Both the position numbers and the translations under genes were made by a program. Below, one piece after another: positions 37,963 through 48,004 of a stretch of DNA of 64,000 nt; position 1 is the stretch's first letter; each line of letters begins with the position of its first letter. Origin of the DNA: a virus. Where the stretch lies: positions 1 through 64,000 of IMG/VR virus record IMGVR_UViG_3300035034_001742; one strand, written 5' to 3'. Under the pieces are notes generated by a model. The model searched no databases. It was not told the origin of the DNA and was given only the letters and a program-made list of their open reading frames with translations.

Positions 37963-39267
37963 ATGGCTTACGAAATTAATAAATCCGATGGTTCGACACT
38001 AACGATCAATGATGGTCAGATAAATGTTCAAACCAGTTTGCAACTTATTGGTAGAAACCGCGCAGATTACGGTGCACCAATAGCACAGAATTTTCTACGC
38101 ATGCTTGATAACTTTGCAAACGAAGTATCACCAGATCAGGCTGCTACTGGTACTGGTGCCGACCCTTTGATAGGGCAATTATGGTACAAGCCGAGTGTAA
38201 AACAATTAAGCGTTTACACTGCAAGTGGACCCACTGGCTGGCAAGGATTGGTTCTTGTTGCAGAGGCTGGTGAAAATACTACCATTGCAAGTTTGGTGTC
38301 GACTGAAATATTAACAGGCTCGATGTCAGTTGGCGCAGGTGGCGTGAATATTACAGACGGCGGCACACTCACAGTCGACGGTATTAGTACATTCAACAAC
38401 AATGTAGATATAACTGGTAATGTTGATGTCGACGGAAATGTGGTTATAAGCGGTAACCTCACAGTTGATACAATAGTTGGATCAAGTAACTTGGTCACAA
38501 TACAAGACACACTAAGCGTCGACAACATTAATATTACAACAGGCGCAAGTACAGCCTACACAATTAATGACGAAGGCATTGCCGCCGTAACTAGTGGAAG
38601 TGCTAGGGCACCAGTTGGTTTCTTTGGTCTTGTAAATAGTAACACCATTGTTGCTAATACAAGTATAGTAACACCCACTATCCAAACCAATGCACTGACA
38701 GCAGAAGGCGGCACCGCAACAATTTCGGGAGCTTGGACCACAAGCAACTTTAGCTTTATTGGAGGCGGGTCACTAGGTGGCGCTTGGCAAGTACCTACCG
38801 GAAGCACATTAACTGCTAACGGTAATATTGTGATAGGCACAGGCACAATTGAAGCAAACTACGCGGATATCGCGGAACGATTCACTGCTGATAAAGTCTA
38901 CACACCCGGAACACTGGTTGATATCGGTGGGGTTGGTGAAGTGACAGAAACTGTGTTAGCATACTCAGACAATATATTTGGTGTGGTTGCTGATAGCCCG
39001 GCGTTTATACTAAACATGAATCACTCAGATCCAAATGTAGCAGTTAATCTTGACTACATGCCTGCTATCACTTTAGTTGGACGTACACCAGTTCGCGTCA
39101 TCGGTGCAGTTAGCAAAGGTGATAGATTAACCAGCTCAAGTATTCCTGGCGTGGCCATGTCTGCTGATAAGACTCAGCTTACCATGTTTAATTACATTGG
39201 CAGAGCGTTAGAAGACAAGACTGATGAAGCTGAGTCATTAATAATGGCAGCATTCGGAGCAAGATAA
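37963..39267 (+). CDS. Tail fibre/spike protein with C-terminal chaperone-like domain
   Basis: N-terminal LQLIGRN..DYG..IAQNF..MLDNFA...GQLWY; beta-rich shaft; ANYADIAERF...GTLV.IGG C-terminal domain. Confidence 0.75.
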   Translation: MAYEINKSDGSTLTINDGQINVQTSLQLIGRNRADYGAPIAQNFLRMLDNFANEVSPDQAATGTGADPLIGQLWYKPSVKQLSVYTASGPTGWQGLVLVAEAGENTTIASLVSTEILTGSMSVGAGGVNITDGGTLTVDGISTFNNNVDITGNVDVDGNVVISGNLTVDTIVGSSNLVTIQDTLSVDNINITTGASTAYTINDEGIAAVTSGSARAPVGFFGLVNSNTIVANTSIVTPTIQTNALTAEGGTATISGAWTTSNFSFIGGGSLGGAWQVPTGSTLTANGNIVIGTGTIEANYADIAERFTADKVYTPGTLVDIGGVGEVTETVLAYSDNIFGVVADSPAFILNMNHSDPNVAVNLDYMPAITLVGRTPVRVIGAVSKGDRLTSSSIPGVAMSADKTQLTMFNYIGRALEDKTDEAESLIMAAFGAR

Positions 39268-39269
39268 TA

Positions 39270-40148
39270 ATGACATATTCTGTTAACGGTAAGATACAAG
39301 CATCTGACTTCAACGGGTTTCGCACGTTAGTAAATGACGTGTACGCCGATGGCAATTCTGGTGCAACCGCAGAAGGGTCAGCCAGCTTCGGATACGGTCA
39401 GTCGCCTATCGGACCTGTATCAGTCGGTGATAAGATTGTTAAAGACAACTGGAACACATTGTTTGCGGCAATACGTGATTGTAGTACCCATCAGGGTTCG
39501 ACCATTACTGACTTGCCAGCAGTAGACACAGACGATCCGGTTTTGATTATACCTACTCTTGTAGATAGAATTAATACCATTCGTACAAATCGTCTGAATC
39601 TTGATCCGTCGCTCGGTACAGTTACATCGGACACAGTTACCAATGCAACCGGTAACTGGGACGGAACGCGAACGCAGACACTTACCTCGACCTTTACTAG
39701 CTGGAATGCAATGCGTTACTTCTTTAATGGCGGTGGTGAAATAAGATTTGCATTTACCTTCACCGGTACACCTAATAACACAACTGAAACTAACTGGATA
39801 GGAATGTCCAGCGCAGTCGATTTAGTTCGCGTTGGCGAAACGACAACTATATCTAACGGTGGCGTCGGTGCATCGAATCTAGGACTATACGACTTTACTG
39901 CATCAACTCAAACAATATTCAGTTATACACCAAGCTTGTATACGTCCGAGCAGTATATCATCCAGGCAAGATTGAATGGTGCACCTGGTTCAGCAACTGC
40001 TATTATTTTCACGCTATCGTTTGTTACACCGGCAGGCGGTGATGTTATAGATTTAACACTCAATAGTCGTACTTATAACCTTAATCCTTCAACACCCGGG
40101 ATTACAATTGCATCTCCTACCATGAGTGCAAGTTCGATTACTCCGTAA
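39270..40148 (+). CDS. Virion structural/fibre-associated protein
   Basis: Thr/Ser/Gly-rich; GYGQ and RYFFNGGGEIRF motifs; follows the fibre gene. Confidence 0.65.
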   Translation: MTYSVNGKIQASDFNGFRTLVNDVYADGNSGATAEGSASFGYGQSPIGPVSVGDKIVKDNWNTLFAAIRDCSTHQGSTITDLPAVDTDDPVLIIPTLVDRINTIRTNRLNLDPSLGTVTSDTVTNATGNWDGTRTQTLTSTFTSWNAMRYFFNGGGEIRFAFTFTGTPNNTTETNWIGMSSAVDLVRVGETTTISNGGVGASNLGLYDFTASTQTIFSYTPSLYTSEQYIIQARLNGAPGSATAIIFTLSFVTPAGGDVIDLTLNSRTYNLNPSTPGITIASPTMSASSITP

Positions 40149-40184
40149 CAAATCATAATATAAAAGGTCCAGTGTTGTTCTCAG

Positions 40185-40192
40185 CATAAATA
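40185..40192 (+). promoter_or_regulatory. Late promoter CATAAATA heading the enzyme island
   Basis: ATAAATA core about 30 nt upstream of the 40223 ATG. Confidence 0.65.
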
Positions 40193-40222
40193 GCTAAAAC
40201 TACATAACACAGAGAACAATAC

Positions 40223-40570
40223 ATGGATCCGAAGTTAGCAAGAGCCCTCGAGTTTTCTCAGTATCGAGAAACCCTAAACAACCAAATGCAAGCCTTAAAA
40301 TCTCAAGTAGAAGTAAAGCTCATGCATTCTATTAACGGCGGCACGTTTCGAGTATCACCTGAGTTAATTACATTTGTTGATTTATTAATAGCTAAGGGAC
40401 AGTCTGAAACTGTACTGCTTGACATCAACAATACACCTATTAAAATCGCAGACTTAGCAGATTTCAGCACAGACATCTTATCACGCTATCACGAAGTTAC
40501 TAACGACTATCTCACGCAATACGAAAATATTCGTAAGGCTCGCTCGGTCACCAAAATAGTAGGGAAATAA
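40223..40570 (+). CDS. Hypothetical protein (possible fibre assembly factor)
   Basis: First ORF after the late promoter; NGGTF...LITF...VLLD.NNTPI motif. Confidence 0.6.
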   Translation: MDPKLARALEFSQYRETLNNQMQALKSQVEVKLMHSINGGTFRVSPELITFVDLLIAKGQSETVLLDINNTPIKIADLADFSTDILSRYHEVTNDYLTQYENIRKARSVTKIVGK

Positions 40571-40573
40571 ACA

Positions 40574-41461
40574 ATGTCAAAGGGTGCAATGATGTTTGCA
40601 CACAACAACGAAGAAATTGACTACATCAAGATTGCATGTTTAAATGCACTAATGATACAAGCGAATCTCGATGTTGGTGTAACACTAGTAACTGATGTCG
40701 GTACATTAAAGTGGGCCAAAGAATCTCTAGGAGCCGATTATCTCGACCAGTGCTTTGAGATTATTATAAGTGAAGATCCGGACTATGTGTACAAGCAAAA
40801 CAATATTCGCGTATTTAGAGATACAGTATACACCACCAAGCATTTGCCTTTTTACAATTGCGATCACTGGAAAGCATACGAGTTATCTCCATACGACGAA
40901 ACACTGTTCATCGATGCAGACTATTTGATAATGAGCGATGCATTAAACAGATGCTGGGGTTCGGCGCACGAAGTAATGATCAACAAAGACATAAGCGAAT
41001 TGTACTTTGGTCGCACACAAGAAAATAGCACAGTGGGCAAATCGGGCATTGACACATACTGGGCAACATGTATATACTTTCAGAAGTCAGAGCTAGCAGA
41101 GCATTTGTTTTACATGGTAAAATACATTTACGACAACTATGCTTACTATCGCGACCTGTATACAACTCCTAATTCGATGTTTCGAAATGACTATGCATTC
41201 AGCATTGCAGTACACATAATGAATGGATTTAGTAACAGTGACTTAATAAAGCAATTGCCAATCCCGGCATTGTACAAATCATTTGACAATGACGATATAG
41301 TTAGCATCAATGGCGTTAATGATATTACATTGCTACTCGAAAAACCTAAGTGCCACGGCGATTATATATTGTCCAGGTTCAAGGGAATGGATGTTCATGT
41401 CATGAACAAGTGGGCAATACTTCGCAATTACGATAAGCTAAAGGAGTTATACAGTGAGTAG
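40574..41461 (+). CDS. GT-A fold glycosyltransferase-like protein
   Basis: SPYDETLFIDAD (DxD motif) and FRNDYAFSIA. Confidence 0.75.
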   Translation: MSKGAMMFAHNNEEIDYIKIACLNALMIQANLDVGVTLVTDVGTLKWAKESLGADYLDQCFEIIISEDPDYVYKQNNIRVFRDTVYTTKHLPFYNCDHWKAYELSPYDETLFIDADYLIMSDALNRCWGSAHEVMINKDISELYFGRTQENSTVGKSGIDTYWATCIYFQKSELAEHLFYMVKYIYDNYAYYRDLYTTPNSMFRNDYAFSIAVHIMNGFSNSDLIKQLPIPALYKSFDNDDIVSINGVNDITLLLEKPKCHGDYILSRFKGMDVHVMNKWAILRNYDKLKELYSE

Positions 41462-42311
41462 AGGATATTTAGTCATTGCACAAAACTCCGGTGACATAGA
41501 CTACATACGTCAAGCATACGCATTAGCACTAAGCATAAAGAACACACAGCGCATAAACAGCTTTGCCATTGCAGTTGCAGAGAATGATATAGATCTCATT
41601 CCTAAGGACTATTTAGACGTGTTTGATCACGTGGTCGAGATACCTTATACCGATCATGCCGAAGGCGAACAGTGGAAGATACAAAATAAATGGAAGTATT
41701 ACTACATGACTCCATTTGATGAAACTGTTATACTTGACACCGACATGATATTCACCGCTGATGTTAGTTTTTGGTGGGACCACCTTGCAGAACGCGAAGC
41801 TTGGTTCACTACCAATGTTAAAACTTTCCGTGGTACTGATGTCACTTCTGATCACTACCGAAAAACATTTACCAGCAACCATTTGCCTAACGTATACACT
41901 GCATTTGCTTATTTTAGAAAAACTAAAAAAGTAGCAGAGTTATTTGAGTTGACCGAAACCATATTCCACAACTGGGAAAAGTTCTACTTTGAATTTTTAG
42001 ACGACACCAAGCCAGACTGGTTATCGGGTGATGTGGCGTATGCACTTGCAATAAAGTTACTTGGATACGAACACGAATTCACACAACCGTTGAAAAATAT
42101 ACCAACGTTTGTACACATGAAAACAAAATTACAAGACCACAACAACGACATACCATCGGAAGAGTGGACCAAGCACTTGCCGTCGTATTTTAAAACAAAT
42201 GGCGACTTAAAAATAGGTAACTTTAATCAGTTCTATCCTGTTCACTATCACGACAAAGCTTGGTTAACTGATCTAGTTGTTAAACGGTTAGAGGACATTT
42301 ATTATGGATAA
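41454..42311 (+). CDS. GT-A fold glycosyltransferase-like protein (paralog of 40574)
   Basis: TPFDETVILDTD (DxD motif), FVHMK, HYH. Confidence 0.75.
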   Translation: MSRGYLVIAQNSGDIDYIRQAYALALSIKNTQRINSFAIAVAENDIDLIPKDYLDVFDHVVEIPYTDHAEGEQWKIQNKWKYYYMTPFDETVILDTDMIFTADVSFWWDHLAEREAWFTTNVKTFRGTDVTSDHYRKTFTSNHLPNVYTAFAYFRKTKKVAELFELTETIFHNWEKFYFEFLDDTKPDWLSGDVAYALAIKLLGYEHEFTQPLKNIPTFVHMKTKLQDHNNDIPSEEWTKHLPSYFKTNGDLKIGNFNQFYPVHYHDKAWLTDLVVKRLEDIYYG

Positions 42312-42891
42312 GAAAATGTATGTGTTCTTTAACGAAGATGGTGATATAATGTCTGTATCACCTCGGTCTACAACTGATTTAGAAAATATACAGTCTGCTG
42401 AGCTACCGCGTCAGCAAGCAATTGATTTTTTGTCCGGTACAAAGAACATGTATCGTTATGCAATTGTAGCAGATAAGGAAACCGGTAACTTCAAGTGTGT
42501 ATCAAAAGAAACTGAAGTAAGTCAGCTCAACACAGTAGGTAGGTATTTAACAGAAGTCACCTCCGAGTTTTACGACAAACACGACATAATGATTGAACAT
42601 GATGTCCGTCGTAAAAAGTTGCGCATTACCATGTCAGGCACAGGCATCAGTAAGGCTGATACCAAGCGTAACAAAACACTTATATCGAACCATCGTAAAT
42701 TATCTTTTTATTTTACTTTATTTGGTGATCCAAATATGTTAATATGCGGTTTCGATGTAACTGTCAAGGAACTTGTAGACGGTGACGTATGTGTGAGTTT
42801 TGAGCACCTTGATAGTGAGCTAAATAATGCGACACTATTTACAAAGCAGATCCTAAGCAAGTATCATTATAGGAAGTTACAATACACATGA
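42304..42891 (+). CDS. Hypothetical protein
   Basis: Overlaps both neighbours within the operon. Confidence 0.6.
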   Translation: MDKKMYVFFNEDGDIMSVSPRSTTDLENIQSAELPRQQAIDFLSGTKNMYRYAIVADKETGNFKCVSKETEVSQLNTVGRYLTEVTSEFYDKHDIMIEHDVRRKKLRITMSGTGISKADTKRNKTLISNHRKLSFYFTLFGDPNMLICGFDVTVKELVDGDVCVSFEHLDSELNNATLFTKQILSKYHYRKLQYT

Positions 42892-43874
42892 CAACAGAAT
42901 TAAATCAATTAGATGTTATTTTTATCAGCTTTGATGAAGATAATTGCGAACAGAACTGGGCAGACTTGTTGACCAAGGTTCCATGGGCACAGCGCGTTCA
43001 TGGTGTAGAAGGCTCCGATGCGGCACACAAAGCCGCGGCACAGTTAAGCAGTACAGATAGATTCATAAGCGTGGACGCAGACAACATTGTTGATATTAAA
43101 TTCTTTGATCAGAAGATTGACTTCGAGAACGAAAAGTTCAAAGACAAAGTTGTTAGCTGGACTGCAAAGAATCACATCAACGGCTTGGAGTACGGCAACG
43201 GTGGACTAAAATGTTGGCCAGTTGAATATGTAATGAACATGCGCACACACGAAGCTGCCGAGGATGATAAGAACCAAGTTGATTTCTGTTGGGAAGACAC
43301 CTACGTACAAATGAACAATCGTTTTTGTACAACATTTCCAAATGGATCGCCACGCCAAGCATTTAGAGCAGGGTTTAGAGAAGGTGTTAAAATGTCTCTG
43401 GACCAAGGCAAGAAAGTAAACTACAAAGGCATAAAGAATAACATTTGGTGGGGCAACTACAATCGTCTTGTTATATGGGCCACTGTAGGAGCCGATGCCG
43501 CTAATGGCGACTGGGCAGTTTACGGTGCAAGACTTGGCTTTTACATGACCAATCTCACCGACTGGGACTTTGTGAATGTAAGAGACTTTGCATATCTTAA
43601 TAAGCTGTTTGCAGAAACAGTAGGTCCGCAGTTTGCAAGCAAAGACACCCATAGTTTTTATTGTCATAACTCCAAGTACTCGTGGAGCAAAGTAAAACTC
43701 GACGAAGAAATAAAACGGTTAGGCATGATTATACGCAAGGAATCAGGCATGGAAATTGCTGAACTTGACTGTACGCAAAGCCGTTTCTTTAAGGGCGCAT
43801 ATATAAACTTACCACGTACAGGATCCTACGTAACCGAAGATGAAATGAATCAACTTCGTGATTTAAACAGCTAA
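42888..43874 (+). CDS. GT-A/GT2-like glycosyltransferase
   Basis: Motifs DVIFISFDE, HGVEG..AAH.AAA, FISVDADN (DxD), NGLEYGNGG, AFRAGFREG. Confidence 0.68.
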   Translation: MTTELNQLDVIFISFDEDNCEQNWADLLTKVPWAQRVHGVEGSDAAHKAAAQLSSTDRFISVDADNIVDIKFFDQKIDFENEKFKDKVVSWTAKNHINGLEYGNGGLKCWPVEYVMNMRTHEAAEDDKNQVDFCWEDTYVQMNNRFCTTFPNGSPRQAFRAGFREGVKMSLDQGKKVNYKGIKNNIWWGNYNRLVIWATVGADAANGDWAVYGARLGFYMTNLTDWDFVNVRDFAYLNKLFAETVGPQFASKDTHSFYCHNSKYSWSKVKLDEEIKRLGMIIRKESGMEIAELDCTQSRFFKGAYINLPRTGSYVTEDEMNQLRDLNS

Positions 43875-43893
43875 CACAACACAGGATACAAAT

Positions 43894-45291
43894 ATGTCAG
43901 GAGAAATGGAACGACTTGCAAAAGTCAAGACCAAACTGGATGCGATTAGCCCCTCATTCTGTACTGCAAAGTGGTTACAAGTAACATTGCATCTGCAAAA
44001 TGGATTTAATCACAGTTGCCACCATCCTAAAACACACAAGATTCCGTTAGAAGAAATAGCTAATAATCCTAGTGCATTGCACAATACTCAGTACAAAAAG
44101 CAACAACGTAAGATGATGATCGAAGGCAAGCGCCCCGATGAGTGTCAGTATTGCTGGAATGTAGAAGACTTACCAGGCGACCAATTATCAGATAGGTATA
44201 TCAAGTCAGGCGACATTACCTGGGCCAATGATAAAATAGAAGAAATTGCACAAAGCGATTGGCGAGATGATGTTACACCCACTTATGTAGAAGTAAGCTT
44301 TTCAAATCATTGTAACTTCAAGTGTTCGTACTGTTCTCCAGTACATTCGTCGCAGTGGGCAAAGGAAGCCGCAGAGTTCGGACCGTACCCAACTAGTCAA
44401 AAATTCAACGGTATCGAATACCTTAAGCAAACTGGACAAATGCCAATACCGCACGATGAGTATAATCCGTATGTCGAGGCATTTTGGGAATGGTGGCCCG
44501 AGCTAAGTAAAACGCTTAGAGTATTCCGTGTAACAGGCGGTGACCCGCTAATGGAAAAGAATACGTTTAAGGTAATGGACAGAATTATTGCTGATCCTAT
44601 TCCTGCATTAGAGCTCAGCGTAAACACTAACGGTGGCGTATCAGATAGTCGCATACGCAAGTATGTCGAGAAAGCCAAGCAAGTTGAGAAAGTAATAAGA
44701 TTAAATCGTGTGTACACCAGTGTCGACACACATGGCAAGCAAGCCGAGTACATCAGAAGCGGACTTGAATACGATCGCTGGCTGTCGAACATAGATTACA
44801 TGATGACCGAGCTACCACTTACCAAGTTTACAATTATGTGTACTGCAAATATCTTTAGTGTGGTCAACTTTAAACTGCTACTCGAAGACGTATACAAACT
44901 GAAGTTAAAGCATTACAGTAAACATCGTAAGGTTGCTATCACAATTGATACTTCTATATTGCGCTGGCCTGGTCACCAACGTGCAAACATATTACCACCT
45001 GAGTATGCAGACATGATGCAACCAGCTCTTGATTATATGCGAGCACATGAAGAAGGCAACGAAGAAAACAATATACCGCATTATCAAGGCTTCTTTGATT
45101 TTGAAATTGCAAAGCTAGAACGTTTTATTGAATTCATCAAGGCGCCAAAGCATGCAAACGAAGACTACGATCTAGCAACAACACGAAAAGACTTTGTTAA
45201 GTTTGTCGATGAGCACGATCGCAGACGTGGCACAGACTTTAAAGGAACCTTTCCGGAGTTGCTTGATTTTTATAATACACACAAGGAGTAG
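43894..45291 (+). CDS. Radical SAM protein with N-terminal SPASM/twitch-like domain
   Basis: CNFKCSYC; TGGDP; N-terminal FC.AKW, SCHHP, CQYC. Confidence 0.9.
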   Translation: MSGEMERLAKVKTKLDAISPSFCTAKWLQVTLHLQNGFNHSCHHPKTHKIPLEEIANNPSALHNTQYKKQQRKMMIEGKRPDECQYCWNVEDLPGDQLSDRYIKSGDITWANDKIEEIAQSDWRDDVTPTYVEVSFSNHCNFKCSYCSPVHSSQWAKEAAEFGPYPTSQKFNGIEYLKQTGQMPIPHDEYNPYVEAFWEWWPELSKTLRVFRVTGGDPLMEKNTFKVMDRIIADPIPALELSVNTNGGVSDSRIRKYVEKAKQVEKVIRLNRVYTSVDTHGKQAEYIRSGLEYDRWLSNIDYMMTELPLTKFTIMCTANIFSVVNFKLLLEDVYKLKLKHYSKHRKVAITIDTSILRWPGHQRANILPPEYADMMQPALDYMRAHEEGNEENNIPHYQGFFDFEIAKLERFIEFIKAPKHANEDYDLATTRKDFVKFVDEHDRRRGTDFKGTFPELLDFYNTHKE

Positions 45292-45294
45292 ACA

Positions 45295-46338
45295 GTGATT
45301 GACATTGTTGACGGTGGTTTGCCAGAGCATTGGGAAATTACAAAAGAATATAATCAGACAATTTATTATATCACAAAACAAATTAACACTCGTTTCCCAC
45401 GCGATAGAAATTTGCTTATTAGCACACAATGGGAATGGATGATACCGCCTGATAAAAATTTAAACAGTCCACGGTACGAAAAGCAATACGATAATGTGTT
45501 TATACTGTCCACTCTCGATACTGTTCCGCGTGACCGTGTAGAAGAATACGAAGCAAAGGGTATTAATGTTTATTACATAGGCAATACTACCGGCCGTGGT
45601 TATTTTAGTTTTCATAGCATAAACAGCAAGCATTTTAAACAGTATACCAACCAAGAACTGGAACCGGTGTCATTTAAAAACAAGTTTTTATGTTACAACA
45701 GAAATCCACATGAACACAGGCTCAAACTTGTAAACGAGATTGTAAAACGTGGACTAGACAAACAAGGCGTAGTTACGCTAGGCGACAACTTTTACACTCA
45801 CAATGTCACTGGCAAGTATCCACTTGCACATGCTGCCGCACCTCGTTCAGTTGAGGAAAATATTAACCAACTAATAACGCAAGGCGATGCCGAAGCGTTA
45901 AATGAGTTGACAATACCGCATGATACCTATACACTGGGTAACATGGAAATATGGCAAAATACGTTTTTGGTTGTTGTAACTGAGACATCAGTTGAGTCTA
46001 ACATGCACATAACAGAAAAGATACTCAAGCCAATGATTGGCAAGCGTCCGTATATAGTGTTAGGTGATGTCGGACTTGAAGATCACTTACAGACGTGCGG
46101 ATTTAAGTCGTTTGGTAAATATTTCGACACAGCGTTTGACAAACTACCTTCCTATAGCATGGAAAAGTATGTTGCCATATGCGAAATTATCGAACAAATT
46201 ACAAACAAGTCCGAGCAAGAGTTGCAAGAACTGTACAACGACATGCGACCAACCATTGAACACAATCACGAAAATGTTAAATGGTTCCAGGATCATAATC
46301 AATTAAAGATACAAAACAAAGGACTTTTTAGGTTATAA
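45295..46338 (+). CDS. GT-B/GT10-like glycosyltransferase-related protein
   Basis: FLCYNR.P..HR and VVTET...ITEK..KP...KRPYIVLG. Confidence 0.6.
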   Translation: MIDIVDGGLPEHWEITKEYNQTIYYITKQINTRFPRDRNLLISTQWEWMIPPDKNLNSPRYEKQYDNVFILSTLDTVPRDRVEEYEAKGINVYYIGNTTGRGYFSFHSINSKHFKQYTNQELEPVSFKNKFLCYNRNPHEHRLKLVNEIVKRGLDKQGVVTLGDNFYTHNVTGKYPLAHAAAPRSVEENINQLITQGDAEALNELTIPHDTYTLGNMEIWQNTFLVVVTETSVESNMHITEKILKPMIGKRPYIVLGDVGLEDHLQTCGFKSFGKYFDTAFDKLPSYSMEKYVAICEIIEQITNKSEQELQELYNDMRPTIEHNHENVKWFQDHNQLKIQNKGLFRL

Positions 46339-46339
46339 T

Positions 46340-48004
46340 ATGGCTAAAAAACAAGGCGAGTCGTACAGAGAATATAGAGATAGAGTTGTAGACCCTATCT
46401 CCGGGGCCTTCTGTGGTGCCAAATGGTACAATGCAACCATATGGTTAAACAACGGCACAACTACTAGCTGTCACCACCCACCCGCGCACAAAATAGTCGA
46501 CTTCGAAAACGGAGAGACATATGAAGACCTTAAAGCCAATCCTTCATTGATACACAACACCACATACAAGAAGAATGTGCGCAAGCAAATGCTCATGGGC
46601 GAACGTCCTAAGGAATGCGAGTATTGCTGGAAAATTGAAGACTTAGGTCAAGACAAAATTTCCGATCGCGTGTTCAAGAGTGTTATATACACCGATGAAG
46701 AGCTTGAAGAATGCCGTGACGTACATGCCGAAACAGAAGATGTCGATTTAAAGACATTAGAAATTGCGTTCGATTCAAACTGCAACTTTGCATGTTCATA
46801 TTGTAATGCAAGTTTCTCAACCACATGGCAAAAGGATATTCGTCAGAATGGCGCATACCAAAACCTACACAGCGATGGCGCAAGAGCATTCCAGCAAGAC
46901 GGTGGGTGGACCAAGCAGTTCAAGAAGAACGAAGCCAATCCGTACACAGAAGCTTTTTGGGACTGGTGGCCTAAACTTAGTAAATCACTGGATCAGTTGC
47001 GTGTAACAGGCGGCGATCCTCCTATGAGCCCAGACTTCTGGAAGCTTGTAGACTGGTGGAAAGACAACGGGCAAGATTTAGACATGAAGTTCGCAGTAAA
47101 CAGTAACATGGGCCATAAAGGCAAGACCATGGATAAGTTTGTTGAGTGTTCGCACATTTTTAAAGAATTTATTGTTTACACTTCAAACGAGTCCACGTAT
47201 GCGCAAGCAGAGTACATTCGCGATGGTCTAGAATGGTCCTACTGGAAAGAGTCAGTTAATAGATTACTTCAGGAAGGTAGTGTACAGGAGTTGCATGTGA
47301 TGATGACAATCAACAGTTTATGTTTGTTTAGCATTACTGACTTCATGGACTATTGCAACACACTCAAGCGCAAGTACGGACACATGTATGGTGTTTGTTC
47401 TGTTAATATATTGCGTTTTCCAAGTTTCCAAGCACCGGGCACATTGCCTGCAGAGATACGCCACGAACGTGCCGACCATATAGAAAGATGGTTAGCTGAT
47501 AATCGTGATAATGGTGTTATGCATGACATGGAAATAGACGGTGTTGACCGATTGGTAGAGTATTTGCGTAGTGTAGATGAGCCACATAGGTACACCAGCT
47601 CAATTGAGTCGCGCCACAAGGACTTTAAATCGTTTTACAAGCAGTACGACGAACGCCGAGGAAAGGACTTCGTGTCTGCATTTCCTGAATTAGCCGAGTG
47701 GTATAACAGCTTACCTTATCAAGAGTCAATACCAATTTTGCAATTGTACGACGGCGACTCAAGCAAAGGAACAGCAGATCGCAGAGAGCTTGAAGTTCGT
47801 GCCAAGACAGACGAGTGGAAAAACCAAAATACTAACCCCGGTGCCAAGGAGTACAAGGAGAAGAAGTATAATGTTGTAGACTTATCGAGCCTAGGAATTA
47901 CCGAGCTGAGAAAAGTCTACAAGCAAGTGTCAGTGGAGGCAATGAATGTCGACTGGGAACGATCGGAGCTCATTGAAGAAATACTTAGGGAACAGGAAAA
48001 GTAA
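46340..48004 (+). CDS. Radical SAM/SPASM-like protein with a C-terminal extension
   Basis: CNFACSYC; TGGDP; SCHHPP; CEYC. Confidence 0.9.
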   Translation: MAKKQGESYREYRDRVVDPISGAFCGAKWYNATIWLNNGTTTSCHHPPAHKIVDFENGETYEDLKANPSLIHNTTYKKNVRKQMLMGERPKECEYCWKIEDLGQDKISDRVFKSVIYTDEELEECRDVHAETEDVDLKTLEIAFDSNCNFACSYCNASFSTTWQKDIRQNGAYQNLHSDGARAFQQDGGWTKQFKKNEANPYTEAFWDWWPKLSKSLDQLRVTGGDPPMSPDFWKLVDWWKDNGQDLDMKFAVNSNMGHKGKTMDKFVECSHIFKEFIVYTSNESTYAQAEYIRDGLEWSYWKESVNRLLQEGSVQELHVMMTINSLCLFSITDFMDYCNTLKRKYGHMYGVCSVNILRFPSFQAPGTLPAEIRHERADHIERWLADNRDNGVMHDMEIDGVDRLVEYLRSVDEPHRYTSSIESRHKDFKSFYKQYDERRGKDFVSAFPELAEWYNSLPYQESIPILQLYDGDSSKGTADRRELEVRAKTDEWKNQNTNPGAKEYKEKKYNVVDLSSLGITELRKVYKQVSVEAMNVDWERSELIEEILREQEK

